From the NCBI GenBank assembly GCA_040392805.1, contig JBEBVI010000001.1, positions 1-60,615 of the forward strand: a stretch of 60,615 nucleotides of DNA, read 5' to 3'. This document shows positions 57,944 through 60,615 of this stretch, in pieces; position 1 is the first letter of the stretch; the number at the start of each line of letters is the position of its first letter. Source of the stretch: Taibaiella helva (lineage in GTDB: Bacteria > Bacteroidota > Bacteroidia > Chitinophagales > Chitinophagaceae). The translations under genes were made by a program, and so were the position numbers. The notes under the pieces were generated by a model. The model was given only the letters and a program-made list of their open reading frames with translations. It was not told where the DNA came from and ran no database searches.

Positions 57944-59929
57944 ATGTTGAAGGCGATTATGATAATGAGTGTGATTACCGTTATATGCTTCGGTTCTTTA
58001 GAAGCGAGGATGAATTTTTATTCATTCTTACCAAAATATTCCATCTTCCAGGAGAAAGTACATAACGACACATTAATGATTGATGAGTGGCTCGCTAAAG
58101 CAGATAAGCTGCTCTCGTCAAATCTTCCGGATAGTGCGTTGATTTACCTTCATAAGGCATATCCGTTAACGGTAAAGTATAAGTTAACTATTAAAGAAGT
58201 TCGGACTATAGCTCTGTTGTCTACTTATTGTCAACATACCGGGATGCTTGAAAAGGGTAGCTCTTTAATTGATATGGCTTTCCGGAAATCGGAAAATATC
58301 CGGAATCCCGAATTACAGGTAAGGCTGCATAATCTTGCTGCCATCAACAGCAAACAAACCGGCGGCTATACCAAAAGTGCATGGCACTATTTCCAGGCAT
58401 TAAATATAATTGAACAGCATGGTGTACAAAACCCTTATCATTCCATACAGACCTATATAAATACCGGAACGTTGTGGAGAAGGATCGGAGAAACGGCACA
58501 GGCGCTAAAAATGTTTCATGAAGCTGAATTACAGATTAAAAATAACATGGACAATCCGGCGTGCCGGAAGCTGCTTCCTTATGTGCTGATCGGGATCGGC
58601 CAGACCTACGTTTTCTCAAAACCTGATACGGCTATCCATTATTTCCAGAAAGCATACAGCCTGGCCGGATCAAACCGGCAACCTTATGTGGAGCAGTTTG
58701 CCACATACAGCATAAACAATACTTACCTGGAACAGGGAAAATACGACTTGGTTCTCGACTATTTAAAACTTGCCGAAACAAACCCCTATTTTAAAACGGA
58801 TATTTCCCGGATTCATATCCATTATTTAAGCGGGCAACTTTATCAAAAGCTGAATCAGCCCGGGAAAGCCGTTCAGTATTTGCTGACCGCATTAAGGTTG
58901 TCAGAAAAAACAAAGTCAAAGGAAATGATCTCGGGTATTTATCAATACCTGAATAAAGCCTATGTTGATTTGAATCAATATAAGCTGGCACATCACTACC
59001 AGGAAATGTTTTTGAATTACATAGAAAAGACAAGCAATTATGAAAGCAGAGGCTCCGTTAATCTGCTATTAAAAAAACAGATGACGGCAAAAGAAACCGA
59101 GAATGAGGAAATGAAACTGAAATTAATGTTGAAGCAAAAGGAGATCAGGGAAAAGAATGCGTGGATAATTGTTATCACTGTTATTTCTCTTTTACTTCTT
59201 GCCCTTTTTATCCAGCACTACCGGAACGCCAGGAACAAGCAAAAGCTGCTTAATGAAAGAGAACAAAATCTTTTTCAACAACAGGAAATAGAAAAATTAA
59301 AAGCCATAGCAGAAGGAGAAGAAAGGGAACGTATGCGTATTGCCTACGAATTGCATGATGGCGTAATGGTACGTTTTGCAACAGTCAAAATGAAATTAAA
59401 TACCTTGCCCAACAACAATTCACAATTGTTCCATACGGAATCTTATAAAGGCATACTGGAGCATTTTGACCAGGCAACCGCAGAGTTGAGACGTACGGCA
59501 CATAACCTGATGCCCGACATACTTTTGAATGAAGGTATAACCCAGGCCATTTACTATTTCTGTAAAACCATACAGGAAACAACAGGTCTGCATCTGGTTT
59601 TCCGGCAATATGGTAACCTGCCGCGTTTCCGGCAGGAGTTTGAAGTTTCCATATACAGGATGGTGCAGGAATTGATACAAAACATTATTAAGCATGCTTC
59701 TGCTGAAAAGGCTATAGTTCAAATAAATCACAGATCGGAATTACTATCGGTAACCGTGGAGGATAACGGCTGCGGTTTTATTGTCGGCAGCACGCCCAAT
59801 AAAGGGTGGGGATTGAAGGGTTTAAGCAGCAGAGTTCGTATCTTTAATGGCAATTTGGATATTCAAAGCAACCCGGGTATGGGAACCACTGTTTATTTTG
59901 AATTTGACACCCGTTCGTTAACCGTATAA
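57944..59929 (+). CDS. TPR-sensor histidine kinase (HisKA_3), locus 4
   Basis: TPR helices, one TM segment, ERMRIAYELHDG, QELIQNIIKH, EDNGCG, GWGL. Confidence 0.9.
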   Translation: MLKAIMIMSVITVICFGSLEARMNFYSFLPKYSIFQEKVHNDTLMIDEWLAKADKLLSSNLPDSALIYLHKAYPLTVKYKLTIKEVRTIALLSTYCQHTGMLEKGSSLIDMAFRKSENIRNPELQVRLHNLAAINSKQTGGYTKSAWHYFQALNIIEQHGVQNPYHSIQTYINTGTLWRRIGETAQALKMFHEAELQIKNNMDNPACRKLLPYVLIGIGQTYVFSKPDTAIHYFQKAYSLAGSNRQPYVEQFATYSINNTYLEQGKYDLVLDYLKLAETNPYFKTDISRIHIHYLSGQLYQKLNQPGKAVQYLLTALRLSEKTKSKEMISGIYQYLNKAYVDLNQYKLAHHYQEMFLNYIEKTSNYESRGSVNLLLKKQMTAKETENEEMKLKLMLKQKEIREKNAWIIVITVISLLLLALFIQHYRNARNKQKLLNEREQNLFQQQEIEKLKAIAEGEERERMRIAYELHDGVMVRFATVKMKLNTLPNNNSQLFHTESYKGILEHFDQATAELRRTAHNLMPDILLNEGITQAIYYFCKTIQETTGLHLVFRQYGNLPRFRQEFEVSIYRMVQELIQNIIKHASAEKAIVQINHRSELLSVTVEDNGCGFIVGSTPNKGWGLKGLSSRVRIFNGNLDIQSNPGMGTTVYFEFDTRSLTV

Positions 59930-59939
59930 TTGTTTATAA

Positions 59940-60578
59940 ATGCCGATAAAAGTATTTATAATAGATGATCATCCTTTAGCGACTCAAGGGATCAAAAGTA
60001 TGCTTGAGCCTTTTCCGCAGGTAGAGCTGGCCGGTATTTATCATAACGGGCATACATTAATGGAAGGACTGGCCATTACCCAGCCGGAGATCATATTGCT
60101 GGATATTATATTACCGGACCTTTCCGGCGAGGAACTGTTATCTGTACTAAAAGCACAATATCCTGAAATAAAAATAATTGCCCTGACCAGCCTGGATGCG
60201 CCAATGATGGTTTCCAGAATGATGCGAAGGGGCTGCAATGGTTATTTACTTAAAGATACCGATCAGCATACCTTAATTGAAGCTATAGAGCAAGTGCATC
60301 TTGGAAATGAATTTATTGAACCATCGTTGAAAGAAAAGCTGATTCAAAACATATTTAACTTTCAAAGTAATAATGACAAGATTGTTACGGAGATCACACA
60401 AAGGGAAAGGCAGGTTTTACAACTGATTGCAGAAGAATACACGACTCAGGAAATAGCAGATAAATTATATATCAGTTTTAGAACAGTAGAAAATCATCGC
60501 TACAGCCTATTGCAGAAGCTGGATGTTAAAAATACCGTTGGCCTGGTTAAGGTCGCCATACAGATCGGACTTGTATAA
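59940..60578 (+). CDS. NarL/LuxR family response regulator, locus 4
   Basis: IDDH, ILLDI, ITQRERQVL...TVENHR HTH. Confidence 0.92.
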   Translation: MPIKVFIIDDHPLATQGIKSMLEPFPQVELAGIYHNGHTLMEGLAITQPEIILLDIILPDLSGEELLSVLKAQYPEIKIIALTSLDAPMMVSRMMRRGCNGYLLKDTDQHTLIEAIEQVHLGNEFIEPSLKEKLIQNIFNFQSNNDKIVTEITQRERQVLQLIAEEYTTQEIADKLYISFRTVENHRYSLLQKLDVKNTVGLVKVAIQIGLV

Positions 60579-60615
60579 GCAGCTTCTTATAATAAAAATA
60601 TCTTTTGATCCTGAA

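Noticed and set aside
732-60238. Many 60-200 aa antisense or overlapping ORFs in the track
   Set aside because: They overlap well-supported genes and show no recognisable motifs; treated as shadow ORFs.

Overview
Bacteroidota DNA, most consistent with a Chitinophagales-type genome. Evidence: T9SS type A and type B C-terminal sorting domains, TAnnTTTG promoters, DUF2723 and DUF4197 genes. No rRNA, tRNA, CRISPR array, transposase or integrase was seen. Housekeeping genes (bcp, tatD, fabG, tag, aminotransferase, hddA-like kinase, tadA, yidC) are interleaved with a repeated accessory module: T9SS-secreted surface proteins on the minus strand, divergent from a TPR-sensor HisKA_3 kinase plus NarL/LuxR regulator. 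This module occurs four times, three of them in a tandem run from 39976 to 60578. Most notable observations: (1) two adjacent LytS-type kinases with complementary defects (one keeps the phospho-His but lacks ATP-binding motifs, the other the reverse), suggesting a split heterodimeric kinase; (2) a structured leader RNA with competing pairings and a U-tract, present in two covarying copies; (3) a 47-bp candidate operator at identical spacing upstream of two cargo genes; (4) variable-head/constant-stalk T9SS cargo; (5) a 92-bp inverted repeat flanking one sensor kinase gene. All calls are by eye from motifs; no database searches were run.
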